Shown: positions 18,338 to 28,370 of the stretch, one piece after another
How positions within the stretch are numbered: the stretch's first letter is position 1
How the letters are laid out: each line of letters opens with the position of its first letter
DNA from: Candidatus Micrarchaeota archaeon
Lineage (GTDB): Archaea; Micrarchaeota; Micrarchaeia; Anstonellales; Anstonellaceae
Length of the DNA stretch: 64,000 bases
Direction of reading: 5' to 3'
NCBI GenBank assembly: GCA_026396415.1
Contig: JAPLWX010000035.1
Location: 51,381 to 115,380, forward strand
Position numbers and translations under genes: made by a program
Notes under the pieces: generated by a model
Told to the model about the DNA's origin: nothing
The model's input: only the letters and a program-made list of their open reading frames with translations
Databases searched by the model: none

Positions 18338-19168
18338 GTGTTCTTGTTTCAAACAAAATTTGAAGTGGTCTTTAAACCTGAATATGAACAGATGATGAAA
18401 ACCCTAAAGGATCCTAAGGCTTCATACAAAACCAAAGCAGATGCTATAGAGCAAGGTGGTTACTCAGTACTCCGAAAAGCGTTAGATGGAAACGTATATT
18501 TTGGTGAAGCAAGAGGAAAAGTCGATCTGTTTAAAGGAACAATGAGCTGCAATTTGATTGGTCTAAATTCGAATGATGCTGCAAAGGCAATTCTGAATAT
18601 TCAGAATGCAATTAACGAACCTCTTAAGTACATTGGATATGAGGCATTTGTGCAAACAGTAACAAACAAACAGGGTAAACTTGATGTTGTTTTTACTATC
18701 ACTAGCGATGTAGAAAAAAAGACAAACAGCAAGACAGCGGCAATAATATCAAGAGAAAAGATAAAGGAAAATGATTTTGTTTTGGTATATATGGCTAAAC
18801 CAGGTGGCAAAACATTGTCTGCTCGTGTTGGGCTCGAATACAAAAACGCAAATGAATTTACAGGACGTGCCCAAGATAGAGAAGAATATCGCCCGGTGAT
18901 TGCACAGTTTAAAGGGTTCGCCGCAAATGGAAATCTCTTATTCGATGTTGGTGGTAACTGGGATATACGGACTAACCTATCTAACGGAGACCTTGGCGAG
19001 ATGTATAAATTAAATGGCACCACAGTCGTAATTAATGATAAAGAAAAGATGACGGTAAGTGGAGGGAAGCTCCCTATAATAGGAACTGACGTGCTTCTCG
19101 GAACAGACAATAATGGCAAGAAAAAAGAGGTAAACATCAATAGCATTAAAGGCATTCAAATTGAATAG
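18338..19168 (+). CDS. Hypothetical protein of the integrated element (AT-rich, Lys/Asn-rich)
   Basis: 276-aa ORF whose composition differs from the host genes. There is no family match. Confidence 0.4.
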   Translation: MFLFQTKFEVVFKPEYEQMMKTLKDPKASYKTKADAIEQGGYSVLRKALDGNVYFGEARGKVDLFKGTMSCNLIGLNSNDAAKAILNIQNAINEPLKYIGYEAFVQTVTNKQGKLDVVFTITSDVEKKTNSKTAAIISREKIKENDFVLVYMAKPGGKTLSARVGLEYKNANEFTGRAQDREEYRPVIAQFKGFAANGNLLFDVGGNWDIRTNLSNGDLGEMYKLNGTTVVINDKEKMTVSGGKLPIIGTDVLLGTDNNGKKKEVNINSIKGIQIE

Positions 19169-20275
19169 ATATGTGAACCTGCTAACTACAGACAAAAAAA
19201 GGCAAAAAAAAAGAGACGTCTTAGCATACCCTAGCCTTCATCATGTGTCATTCTAACCTCACATAAAGAGCTATTACCTGGGCTTTCTCCTCGAGCTTGC
19301 AGGGTACTCCCTGCGCCTTATATTCCCCCATAAGCTGGCGCAGAGCGTCGCACTTTTGCTCGTTGTCGATGCCGGCAACGGCAGCAAGCCCATACGGCTT
19401 GCCTGAAAAAGCCCGTATTTGCTTTAGCCCCTCTGCTGCCAGCATCTCTATATCTTCCGGGGAAACTCCCCCTATTTTTTCCGATTCATCTTCTTGCATA
19501 CAATACACCTCTTTTTCCGACCACCTGCGGAGTGCGGGTGGTCTGTGGAAAAGCGCAGGGCAGGAGGAAGCCGTGAATGGTTGGGAGCTTCCTCTTCCCT
19601 GCGTGAACATTTGGCCAGACAGCAGACTTACTGCTGTCTTATAGCCTGTTTTGCGGCTCTAGGTGGTGGTTTCCTAGATGCTAGCCCGAACCTCGCCAAG
19701 CTTTTTTGTATGGTTTCCTCCCTGCTTTTTCGGTTTTTTGTTTTGTCTTTGCTCTCGCGGAAAGAGATACAGCCCATTGGTGCAAGAAAGTGGTACGTTG
19801 CTTCGCACCCAAGCCCATGCGAATCTACGCGATACAAGACATACCCTTTATACAGCAGCAGATCTGCCCACGCGAATTGTTACAGCGCAGTCGTCTTCTG
19901 TAAAGTATACTAGAAGCTCCTGCTCGTTTTCGTCTATTTTCAAGGTATCTACCTCCACTTATACGCTCTCTACCGCCTGCGGACTGGCAGTCTCCTATAG
20001 TTGGTAGCTGGCTCTCCCAGCCTCCCTGCCGCCTTTACTAGCCCCTTTCTCGCGCGGGGCAGGCGTTATTGTGGCTTGTTTTCCAAGCCGCCCTAGGGCA
20101 ACTTTCCGAAAAATTCGGAAAAAAATATGCCTATGCCCGCACGGTTTTACGGTTTAACGGTTTTACCCAGCACCCCCATTGTGCCCGCTTGCGCTAGGGA
20201 GCACAGGGTAAAAGCATAAAACCGAAATACCGCCCCACTAGGAGCAGTAAGCCTGGTTTTAGTGCCTTTAATGCC

Positions 20276-21595
20276 CTAGCCATTGCCCTCCGCTAGAGAC
20301 ACTAGCTTAACATTATCCTCGTTGCCTTCTGTAATTTTTAGCTTGCCATCTGCCACAAACTCGTCGAGCAGCTTGCGGACGTTGTTTACGCCCATGTCTA
20401 GCTTGCCCTTCACTCGCAGGGCTTCTACTAGCTTGCCTTTTGGCACCTGCCCGCCGCAGCCCAGTATAACGTCCCTTATAACCCGGAAATACTCTGCGCT
20501 TTGGCCCGCGGAGAGTGCGCGGTTGTGGTAGAGGAGCAGGTTGTTTACGGCAATAAGGTGGTTCTCCCACATGCCAAAACCAAAATCAAGCTCTTCCTGG
20601 CCCACAACAGCCTTGCCGTTTGCGGCAGCCAGCATGCCAGCAATCATAAAAATCTGGCTGTTCCTGGTTGTAAACGTCCGCATTATTTGCCAGCGCGCAT
20701 CGGTCTTTACAAAATTCCGCAAAGAATCCCGCGTTTTCGCAGCCAATTTTTTGCAAAGATTGCGGACAGCGTGCAGATCGTACTCGACAACGCGATAGCC
20801 GCCATCATTCCTTAGTGCCCCTAGGTCAATGGCATCAATCTTTTCTTTAAAGTCCTGCATAAGCTTTTGTCGATCCGCAAGAGTGGCAGCAATAAGGTCT
20901 GCCTTCTGCGCGTTAAAGTCGATAGTCTCCTGCTCCGGGACGATACGGTAAACAAGCAGCATTCGCTGGAATAACCCTTTTTCTAACAACGCGGTGTTTA
21001 TGTGCGACTCCATGTAGCTCCCTGCACAGATGGCAGTGTGCGATTGGTAGCTAAGTTTTCCCAGCGCCAGTACTTTAGTTATTATTCCTTCATCGTCTGT
21101 TGCCATCTGCAAGTTGTCCTGCAGGTTTTCAGAGTGCGGGCTGCTCTTAAGCAGGATCGAGCCTTCGTCCCAGAAAAGATAGTCTTCGCTACCGAGCAGA
21201 CCAACAATTATTTCGATTTCACCACCCGGCAGAGGCTTTATTGTGCCGAGCAGGGCTGCGTCCGTTGTCTTGGCGATATACTCTCCGCGTGCCCCGAGAT
21301 GCCGGAGCATGCTGCGAGTTGTTTTCATTGCCTCGCCCTTTCCCGAACCAGATTGCTGTATAAAGAAAAGGTGTATGCGCGGATAGTTGTATCTGCCTTG
21401 ATAGTGCAACCGAACATTTCTTTTTCCAAGCACAATACCAAGCATTTGCACGAACAGCGGAAGTGCTAGGTGCTCGTTTCCCCAGACACTCTTGCTATAA
21501 TACTGCAGCCAGATTGTGTATTGTTGCGCCACGTTTCCACCTAGTCTTTCCACATCCCAAACGTCATCCACCATATATTCACCTCTAATTTTCAC
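20276..21595 (-). CDS. Putative P-loop NTPase of the integrated element (replication or packaging-type ATPase, family unassigned)
   Basis: 439 aa with a Walker A-like FFIQQSGSGKGEAM and a plausible Walker B (LFWDEGSIL). Confidence 0.55.
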   Translation of the reverse strand: MKIRGEYMVDDVWDVERLGGNVAQQYTIWLQYYSKSVWGNEHLALPLFVQMLGIVLGKRNVRLHYQGRYNYPRIHLFFIQQSGSGKGEAMKTTRSMLRHLGARGEYIAKTTDAALLGTIKPLPGGEIEIIVGLLGSEDYLFWDEGSILLKSSPHSENLQDNLQMATDDEGIITKVLALGKLSYQSHTAICAGSYMESHINTALLEKGLFQRMLLVYRIVPEQETIDFNAQKADLIAATLADRQKLMQDFKEKIDAIDLGALRNDGGYRVVEYDLHAVRNLCKKLAAKTRDSLRNFVKTDARWQIMRTFTTRNSQIFMIAGMLAAANGKAVVGQEELDFGFGMWENHLIAVNNLLLYHNRALSAGQSAEYFRVIRDVILGCGGQVPKGKLVEALRVKGKLDMGVNNVRKLLDEFVADGKLKITEGNEDNVKLVSLAEGNG

Positions 21596-21993
21596 TAACT
21601 ACTTACTTCCTGCACCTGTCCGTTCCGGGACAGCCCTTTGCCCCAGCGCTGGGGTTTTCGCGCCCTTTATTCCGGGGCTTTTCTGGGAAAATTAGTAGGT
21701 CGTTTCCGCGACCGATTTTTCCTATACCTATCCTATGCCCAATCTTGTATATATAGTTATGTCTTCTTTTTACGTCGTAGGATTAATCAATCCTAAAAGT
21801 ATTTTGCGCAAAGCAAAGTAGGCAAACCTATGTGAAGCGCCAAGATTATTTTTTGCAAGCGAACGATCCTAAGCGTGCAACCAGCATCGATTTTCTATAC
21901 GCGAGTAGAAAAAAGAGGGCTATTTGTACTTTGGTGTAATTCTGTGTAACAATTTATTTTCTAGAACGCATTAGAACACACGGAGCGGGGCGG

Positions 21994-23334
21994 TCAAGCG
22001 CGTTGCGGCTCCTTCTTGGTGGCTTGCGGCAGGCTCTGCCAATCAAAGTTTATTTCTTTTAGCAACTGCATCGCTTCCTTGTCCTGCGGGCTGTTCGGGT
22101 CGAGGCTCTTATAGGCATTTAGCTGGTCTGCCATCGCTTGCATATACTGCTCGACCCTGTCTACGCGCAGCTGCATCCCCGCCATTGCGCTTGGTGCCTT
22201 GTTAATATAGGTATTTGTCTCGAAGTCGTAGCCGCAGCCAGTGCAGATTGCTTCGCCCAGTGGGTTTTGCCTGTGGCAGACTACGCACTCTCTGTTAACC
22301 TGTATTACAGCCTGCTCTTTTTTCTCGTAGCCATAGGTGCGCATCACTGCGCGCTTTACCTGCTCGTCTGTTATATGGCAGTAAGTTGCAGCCATCTTAG
22401 ACGTTAAAGTCCAACCCATTAATTTACATAGCAAAATCTCGTTTATACCTGGTTGCGCACCAAGCTCGGTTGCCCTGCTGTGCCGGAAGTTGTGCGGGTT
22501 CACCGATTTGGTAAAAAGCGGCACACCCATCTTCTTGCGGTAAGCATTAAGCCGCCCCACCACCATGCGAATACGCTTGGCAAGTCCGGCAGATCCTATT
22601 TGGGTAAGCGTCTGCTGCGAAACCCAAAGAGGCGCGTCGGGATCCTTGGGCAAGGGGTGCACAGCCAGCCACGCTTTTAGGTAGGCCACTGGCTCTATGC
22701 AGGTTACTAACCTCTCCCCCGTCTTGCCAGCAGGCACCTTTACCTCTATAAGCTCGACCATCTTGCGCTTGGCAGTACTGTCCTGCATCGGCTCCTCTTC
22801 TTTTACGAAGTTTAGGTTGCCTTTGCGCAGCATCTCGAATTCGCCCATGCGCATGCCCGAGTCGAAAAGCAAACTTAAAATTGCCTTGTCGAGCACGTCG
22901 CCATGCTTTAGCAGCGCCCGCATCTCCTCGCGGGATAATACTGGCTTGGCAATGCGCTTGTCTGCGCCGGATGCCCTGTGCTGCACCAGCTGCCTTATGC
23001 TCCTGTCGGCTACCTCCATGCTCCTGTCGCCCAAATGCACAAGGCAGTAAAGGCTGCCCAGGGTGCGCTTGGCACCTTTCTTTGTTTCGAACATATATTT
23101 TGCGGATCGGTTTATTTTTGCGACCGCGCTGCTTAGGTGCGCCTTGTCCCGCACCATCTCGGCTAAGCCCATTCCCGAAATAGTGGTGCAGAGGGCTAGG
23201 TCGCCAAAATACTTTAGTATGCGGACGTCGCCAATATTGTGCTCGACCGCATCTCGTGCGAAACGGAGGAAAAGTTCCTTGTCCTCCTCGGTAAAGGCGG
23301 TTTGCGACGCCAAGCGCTTTTCCCAATAAGCCAT
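21994..23334 (-). CDS. int: Tyrosine recombinase/integrase with a C-terminal zinc ribbon
   Basis: Catalytic-domain motifs NPHNFRHSRATEL and LMGWTLTSKMAATYCH (R..HxxR..Y), and a C-terminal CVVCHRQNP...CTGCGYDF. Confidence 0.85.
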   Translation of the reverse strand: MAYWEKRLASQTAFTEEDKELFLRFARDAVEHNIGDVRILKYFGDLALCTTISGMGLAEMVRDKAHLSSAVAKINRSAKYMFETKKGAKRTLGSLYCLVHLGDRSMEVADRSIRQLVQHRASGADKRIAKPVLSREEMRALLKHGDVLDKAILSLLFDSGMRMGEFEMLRKGNLNFVKEEEPMQDSTAKRKMVELIEVKVPAGKTGERLVTCIEPVAYLKAWLAVHPLPKDPDAPLWVSQQTLTQIGSAGLAKRIRMVVGRLNAYRKKMGVPLFTKSVNPHNFRHSRATELGAQPGINEILLCKLMGWTLTSKMAATYCHITDEQVKRAVMRTYGYEKKEQAVIQVNRECVVCHRQNPLGEAICTGCGYDFETNTYINKAPSAMAGMQLRVDRVEQYMQAMADQLNAYKSLDPNSPQDKEAMQLLKEINFDWQSLPQATKKEPQRA

Positions 23335-23413
23335 GTTGTAAATTATGGGCAGAAAAGGAGATAATCCTTTGGCTTTTTACCTCGTAGCAGACCAAAGTTT
23401 AACTTAAAGCTAC

Positions 23414-23425
23414 AAGCCCCCGACG
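23414..23425. repeat. Second att-like partial copy AAGCCCCCGACG of the tRNA-Thr 3' end
   Basis: A 12-nt exact match adjacent to the E1 integrase end, followed by a degenerate continuation (ttgaac shared). Confidence 0.45.
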
Positions 23426-23513
23426 CTCGTCTTGAACGGCTCAAGAAGCACCCATCTGCTTCGTCGATGACTGGTCTTGCTCAAGAGGTTTATAAGGACT
23501 GCTCTATTTCGGG

Positions 23514-23783
23514 CTAGTGAACGAAGATTATCAAAAACCCAACGACAATTGAACAATATGCCCAGCTAATCTTGTAGTATATTTGGGGCAAGGTTGTGCT
23601 GCTGCCATAGGCAAATAATCCAATAATACCCATAACCAGTCCGATGTTTGCGTACCAGACAAGCCAAGTGGCTGGATTGACCAATAAGATGGCGTACAAG
23701 TTTATGGCCAACGTGTTGGCAAATGTAGAGATTCTGCCTACAAACTGTTTTTCGACTAGATAGCCTGCAACCACTAATGACAA
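23514..23783 (-). CDS. Small membrane protein (about 3 TM helices)
   Basis: 89 aa, hydrophobic. It is the last gene of the RM plus membrane-protein string. Confidence 0.4.
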   Translation of the reverse strand: MSLVVAGYLVEKQFVGRISTFANTLAINLYAILLVNPATWLVWYANIGLVMGIIGLFAYGSSTTLPQIYYKISWAYCSIVVGFLIIFVH

Positions 23784-23844
23784 AGCAGGAAGCGTTTTGA
23801 CGAAAAAGTCTGGTAATTGAGAAACCCAAAGGTCAGAGATGTTA

Positions 23845-24729
23845 TCACCTTATTTCAGATAGACACTTCTTTATGCATGCCCTCACGCGGGTGACTTTTG
23901 CCATAAATCCAATCTGTTCCTTTGGCGGCTCAACCTCTCGTTTTGGATAATCAATTCGTAGTATCCTCGATTTGGGTATTATACGCGAAGAAGCATCGCG
24001 TGGAACGACACGGATACAATCATTTTCCCAGCGGATAAAGAAGGCTTCAAACGGCTTCTTTTGAAAATCAGTGTAGATGAAGATTTTTGGCTTTTGCTGA
24101 CATTGACCATGTATTATTGCAGTGGCTAGAAGAATAAACAACATGATTATTCCATTTGCAGCGATTGAAACTGCGTCGAAAATTCCAAACGGTGCGAGTG
24201 TGTGTGCATAACAAAGTAGCGCAAAAAGAATGAAGGCGAGTGGCGCCCACCAATAGCTCCAAACTTGAATTTGATTGTTATTCTTTAGATTGTTTTTTGC
24301 GTATTCTTCATGTTTCTCAAAAAAATCAAGGCGTTCGGCGTGGCGCTTTAGCTCCTTTTGAGTCATTTGTAGCAAGACATTGGAGAGTATAAACAGCATA
24401 AACAAGTCTAAGATAAGAAGCCAATTTCCATAAAGAAAAACAAACAGAGCAGCTAGTACTTGGCTGTCACTTGCGCCTAGTTGAGGTGGAAGTTGTAAAA
24501 GATGAAACAGAAACCTTAACAATAAGATTATAACTGCGGGCACGTAAAAAATTCGAGTAAAAAAACCAAGGCCGGTAACATAATCATTTTCTTTCGCATT
24601 GGAATAAAATGACCATTCGTCATTGATAACCTTTCCGAATAGATATAATATGAAGCCGAAAAAACCCGCTATTATCAAGATTGCCTCTTTGTATGTCTGT
24701 ACAAATGAAATAATCTCTGTGCCGTTCAT
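23845..24729 (-). CDS. Polytopic membrane protein, translationally coupled to the RM enzyme
   Basis: 294 aa with about 6 TM segments. Its ATG overlaps the RM stop in a TGATG arrangement at 24727-24731. Confidence 0.6.
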   Translation of the reverse strand: MNGTEIISFVQTYKEAILIIAGFFGFILYLFGKVINDEWSFYSNAKENDYVTGLGFFTRIFYVPAVIILLLRFLFHLLQLPPQLGASDSQVLAALFVFLYGNWLLILDLFMLFILSNVLLQMTQKELKRHAERLDFFEKHEEYAKNNLKNNNQIQVWSYWWAPLAFILFALLCYAHTLAPFGIFDAVSIAANGIIMLFILLATAIIHGQCQQKPKIFIYTDFQKKPFEAFFIRWENDCIRVVPRDASSRIIPKSRILRIDYPKREVEPPKEQIGFMAKVTRVRACIKKCLSEIR

Positions 24730-27700
24730 CAGTCAACCGCCTTCTCAATGACCTTGCGCTCTTCTGAACTTATTCCATAAAGCTCGAAGACAAGGTCATC
24801 GATTTCATCCTCAAGCTTCATGGTATCCGCATTTGCATCTTTCTTTTTGAGTTTGACTAGTTCTTTGACTGTGGAGATTATTTTTTCGGAAATTACTTCT
24901 TCAGCTTTGTTAGAGGGAAACTTAATTGGTAATTTTTCAACGTAGCCTTTGCTATAATTATAATATTTGCCTTGAACAAACGGCGATATCGCAGTAATGT
25001 ATACTCCAAGAAGTTTTGAGTTCAACAACCCCAAAAGAAGATATATGTTGATTTTTTTTGGGATAATCGCAACTGATGAGTCTGACAAATAGGCGCCAGT
25101 GTCATCAAGAGCAAATCTATTCTTTTCAGCTATCCTCGGGCAGACTATTTTTTGCTTTTCAAAAAATTCTGGTTCTCTGGCTCTCCAGAGCTCAAACCAT
25201 TCCTTATTCCACTGCATAAACCCCTTTCCATCTAGTACCCTGCCACTTAGCTTGTCCTTGAATTGAGCGAGATATTTTGCAGCACCCGGATAGAGACGCA
25301 GGTCAACTGGTGTCGCGTTTGCTTCATAAGGAAACAACAGCTCTTCGCTACAAAACGAAGCCGAGTATTTTCGAATATTTTTGCCTCGTATAACTTTTTT
25401 CAAGATGCGTTCTTCGATTTTATATGATTCGATATTCTGTTTGAGCACATAATAAATATCATCCGAACCTTCTCCACCGCAAGTAACGCCTTGCATTATT
25501 TTCTCAGTATAATTCGCAAGTGTATCGAGTTCTTTGAGCCGATTAATCAGGAAACCTTTTCCAACCGAACTTATATTCCATCCAGCGCTATTCAGAGTTT
25601 CTTGTTTTATAGTGCTGAGTTTGAAGTAATCATCATTGTATTTTATTTCAGACCACTGTCTCCGAACGATAGACAATAGTTCTTCGGGGGCTATTTCTTC
25701 TGCCTTTGATTTAAATTCAACGTAAATGAATGAACTTGGCGTGTCATTTTCAAAGATAATTATGCACGGGTAATTTGTTGCATCTGTGAATATTTTTATG
25801 TCTCCAAAGTCAGTAATCTGCTTGAGCGCGACATTCTTTTGGAGATAGTCTCGTAATGCTTCAGCATAACCAACTTTAAGAAAACGATTTTGAGTAATAT
25901 ATCCTAATTTTCCATTTTTGTTAAGCATCTTTGCTCCAAGTTCGATGAAAAGGACGTAAATGTCAAACTTTCCTTTAGCAGAAAGATAGTTCATGTAAGC
26001 CGCCATTGTCTGCTTCTGCATTTTCAATATTCCTAGCCAAGGCGGATTTCCCACCACAAAATCGTACTTCTTTTTTTTCATCTCGTCGCTCGCGTCCTTG
26101 TCCTTTGCAAGGCTTTTTCCTGTAGCGCCGTAGAAGTGCGCGAGGCTTGTCTGCTCGGTGGGCATCTCAAGCGAATCGGTTTCGTAAATCTTGAAGCGTG
26201 GAATCTTGAAGCCCCTGTTTTCCTTGACGGCTTTTGAGTAAAGGTCAATTATCTGGAAAAGCAGATTCATTTCGGTAATATTCACCGCGAACGGATTTAT
26301 GTCAAAGCCATGTACATGCATGGCAACGGAGTTTACAATCTCCTCGCACTCTTTGGGAGATAGACGCGCGTACACTTCTGGCCAGCGCTTGTTGTCGAGC
26401 GCCTCCTTCGGAGTCGCCTTTTCGAATTTCACTGCCTGCCGCGCAATCAGCCTGCGCGCGGCACGGACAAGGAAGCCACCTGAACCACAGGCAGGGTCTA
26501 TCAGGTCCTTATTCTCAATCGCCTTGGATGGGATGTAATCCACAGCGTCAAGTATGTAGTCGATAACCTCGTCAGGAGTGTAAAACTCGCCAAGTCTCTT
26601 CCTTTCATCCTTGGGCAGGTATTTCTCGTAAAGCTTGCCAAGAATGTCCCTGTCCACCTTGGCGAAGTTGAATTGGTTAAGAATCCAAAGCACACGGTTG
26701 AGTGCCCTGTCAAGTTCGCCATCGCCGCTTTCGTACCAGTCAAGCGGGTTGTCTTTTTCGTAAAAGTGCCCGTAGATGTTCTTTGCCCCGTTATAGGAAA
26801 ACTGGACAATCTGCTTGAATACGCCGGTTTCCCCAAGAATGGGCTCGGCAAGCTGCTCGCGCAGCCTTTCAATGCCTCCGTTGGATATTTTCTTGCCAAG
26901 AAGAATCTTGTCCTCGCAAATCCTGATGAAAAGCAGCCTGTTTATGAGCAGGTAGATTGATTCCTTGCAGAACACTTGCTTGTTTTCCTCTTCCTTGTCA
27001 TCAGGGCGGTTGGAGAGTGCTTTCCAAATAAAGTAACCTGAAAAGTCTGCATATTTCTTGTACTTGCCTTCCGTCTTCAGCTCATAGCGAGCTATGTCCG
27101 CAGCGTGCTTTGTGTTGTTGCCGTTCGCCTTTTTTATCTCCTCAAGCTCGCCCTTTGTCTGCTTGTACTGTGCATAACCTGCATAATATTCGTCAAAAGC
27201 TGCATAAGTGTACTGCCTCATAAGGTCATTTGAAATGTAGTTAAGCTGCTCAATGAGTCTTTCAAACCCCTTTTCTTCCGCAACATCTATTGTCGCATAA
27301 TACTCGTCGAATTTGTCGTATTTTGCCTCGCTCCAAACCTGCTCCTTGGTTATGTTACCAAGGGAGAGAATCTGCTCGGCTTCTCTAGTGGATATTTTGT
27401 CTTCCGATGCCCTCTTCGCGTCAATCATTGCCTTGAAATCCAGGTCTGCTCGAAGAAGCCTGCCCTGTTTTGTGGCTTCCCAGAGAAGGAAACGATAACC
27501 GTTGGTCAGCCCCACAAACCGAGTGGAGGTGTCCGCGTATTTGCCTGCCTGGTCGCGCCATTTCTCAGCGTCTAAGCTTTCCTTCGGACGCTTGGTTTCA
27601 ATAAGAACGGCACGAGCGCCGTTCTCATCCAGCATGGTAACATCAGTGCGGCTACGCTCGTAGCGTATGAGCTTGCTGTCAAATCCCAAGACTTCCTCGC

Positions 27701-27824
27701 AGAAAAACCTGCCAAGGCGCGGGCTGAAGTCATGTTCGAGGGTGTCTATGGTTATCTCTGAGTTTATTCTCTTGAACGCCTTGAGAACCTTTTCAGTGAA
27801 GCTGATATCTGCCTTTGGAACCAT
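24729..27824 (-). CDS. Type IIG (MmeI-like) fused restriction endonuclease plus N6-adenine methyltransferase plus target-recognition domain
   Basis: 1031 aa. The N-terminus has a PD-(D/E)xK-like TDVTMLD...VLIETKRP. Gamma-class MTase motif I (IDPACGSGGFLVRAA) precedes motif IV (FDFVVGNPPW), and about 430 aa of C-terminal TRD follow. Confidence 0.85.
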   Translation of the reverse strand: MVPKADISFTEKVLKAFKRINSEITIDTLEHDFSPRLGRFFCEEVLGFDSKLIRYERSRTDVTMLDENGARAVLIETKRPKESLDAEKWRDQAGKYADTSTRFVGLTNGYRFLLWEATKQGRLLRADLDFKAMIDAKRASEDKISTREAEQILSLGNITKEQVWSEAKYDKFDEYYATIDVAEEKGFERLIEQLNYISNDLMRQYTYAAFDEYYAGYAQYKQTKGELEEIKKANGNNTKHAADIARYELKTEGKYKKYADFSGYFIWKALSNRPDDKEEENKQVFCKESIYLLINRLLFIRICEDKILLGKKISNGGIERLREQLAEPILGETGVFKQIVQFSYNGAKNIYGHFYEKDNPLDWYESGDGELDRALNRVLWILNQFNFAKVDRDILGKLYEKYLPKDERKRLGEFYTPDEVIDYILDAVDYIPSKAIENKDLIDPACGSGGFLVRAARRLIARQAVKFEKATPKEALDNKRWPEVYARLSPKECEEIVNSVAMHVHGFDINPFAVNITEMNLLFQIIDLYSKAVKENRGFKIPRFKIYETDSLEMPTEQTSLAHFYGATGKSLAKDKDASDEMKKKKYDFVVGNPPWLGILKMQKQTMAAYMNYLSAKGKFDIYVLFIELGAKMLNKNGKLGYITQNRFLKVGYAEALRDYLQKNVALKQITDFGDIKIFTDATNYPCIIIFENDTPSSFIYVEFKSKAEEIAPEELLSIVRRQWSEIKYNDDYFKLSTIKQETLNSAGWNISSVGKGFLINRLKELDTLANYTEKIMQGVTCGGEGSDDIYYVLKQNIESYKIEERILKKVIRGKNIRKYSASFCSEELLFPYEANATPVDLRLYPGAAKYLAQFKDKLSGRVLDGKGFMQWNKEWFELWRAREPEFFEKQKIVCPRIAEKNRFALDDTGAYLSDSSVAIIPKKINIYLLLGLLNSKLLGVYITAISPFVQGKYYNYSKGYVEKLPIKFPSNKAEEVISEKIISTVKELVKLKKKDANADTMKLEDEIDDLVFELYGISSEERKVIEKAVD

Positions 27825-28071
27825 GGAACTCCCTACTGCTTTCCCATGTTCCCATTTTTAAAGCTAATTAGACGTGGATGCCGGTGGAATTTGAACAGCT
27901 TATGCGCGAGGTGTGACGCGAGGGCTTTGCCTGCGACCTCTCGCGCGGGACTATTTAAAGAAATGACGCGACTTTTGCGCGAGATTTTCAGCACTCCACC
28001 GAATAGGAACTTTATAGGATGTACCTCTAAAAATCCCTATGAATTATTGTCTGCTACTATCAGCGTATAAC

Positions 28072-28216
28072 ATTGAGCAGCTTTGAGCAGCTGCGCAGCA
28101 TTGATATACTGGAGGCGATAGCTGCTCAAATATCAACGTTTGGATAGCGTTTATCGCGCAGGAAACGGCGTTTGAGCTGCTCAAAGTTGTTTATATATGA
28201 TTGAGCAGCTCCGGCT
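28072..28216. repeat. Iteron cassette A: five copies of TTGAGCAGCT/AGCTGCTCAA in both orientations around a conserved core ACGTTTGGATAGCGTTTATCGCG...GAAACGGCGTTTGAGCTGC
   Basis: Sites at about 28075, 28084, 28131, 28175 and 28202, read directly. Confidence 0.7.
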
Positions 28217-28340
28217 TTGCGCCTGTTTCTACGCCTAATTTTTTCTGCTAGCTGGAAAAGCTTGACAGACGATGAAACTTGCGCCTATTCTGCGCCTAAA
28301 ATGGCGTTCTGGCTGCCAATTGCGCCTGATTCAAGCGAAT
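28217..28340. repeat. Five copies of a (T)TGCGCCTR motif between the two cassettes
   Basis: ttgcgcctg, acgcctaa, ttgcgcctatt, ctgcgcctaaa and ttgcgcctgatt. Confidence 0.5.
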
Positions 28341-28370
28341 CGGCTCCAGATAATATTTCTCTGCTAGTTT

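Noticed and set aside
19248-19610. 120-aa minus-strand ORF inside element E1
   Set aside because: It has no motif and the start is ambiguous. It could be a small element gene, but the evidence is insufficient.
19930-20280. Short direct repeats (CGGTTTTAC x3) and A-tracts downstream of the element ATPase
   Set aside because: They are too short and degenerate to call an origin or ncRNA by eye. I only note them as part of the integrated element's non-coding DNA.
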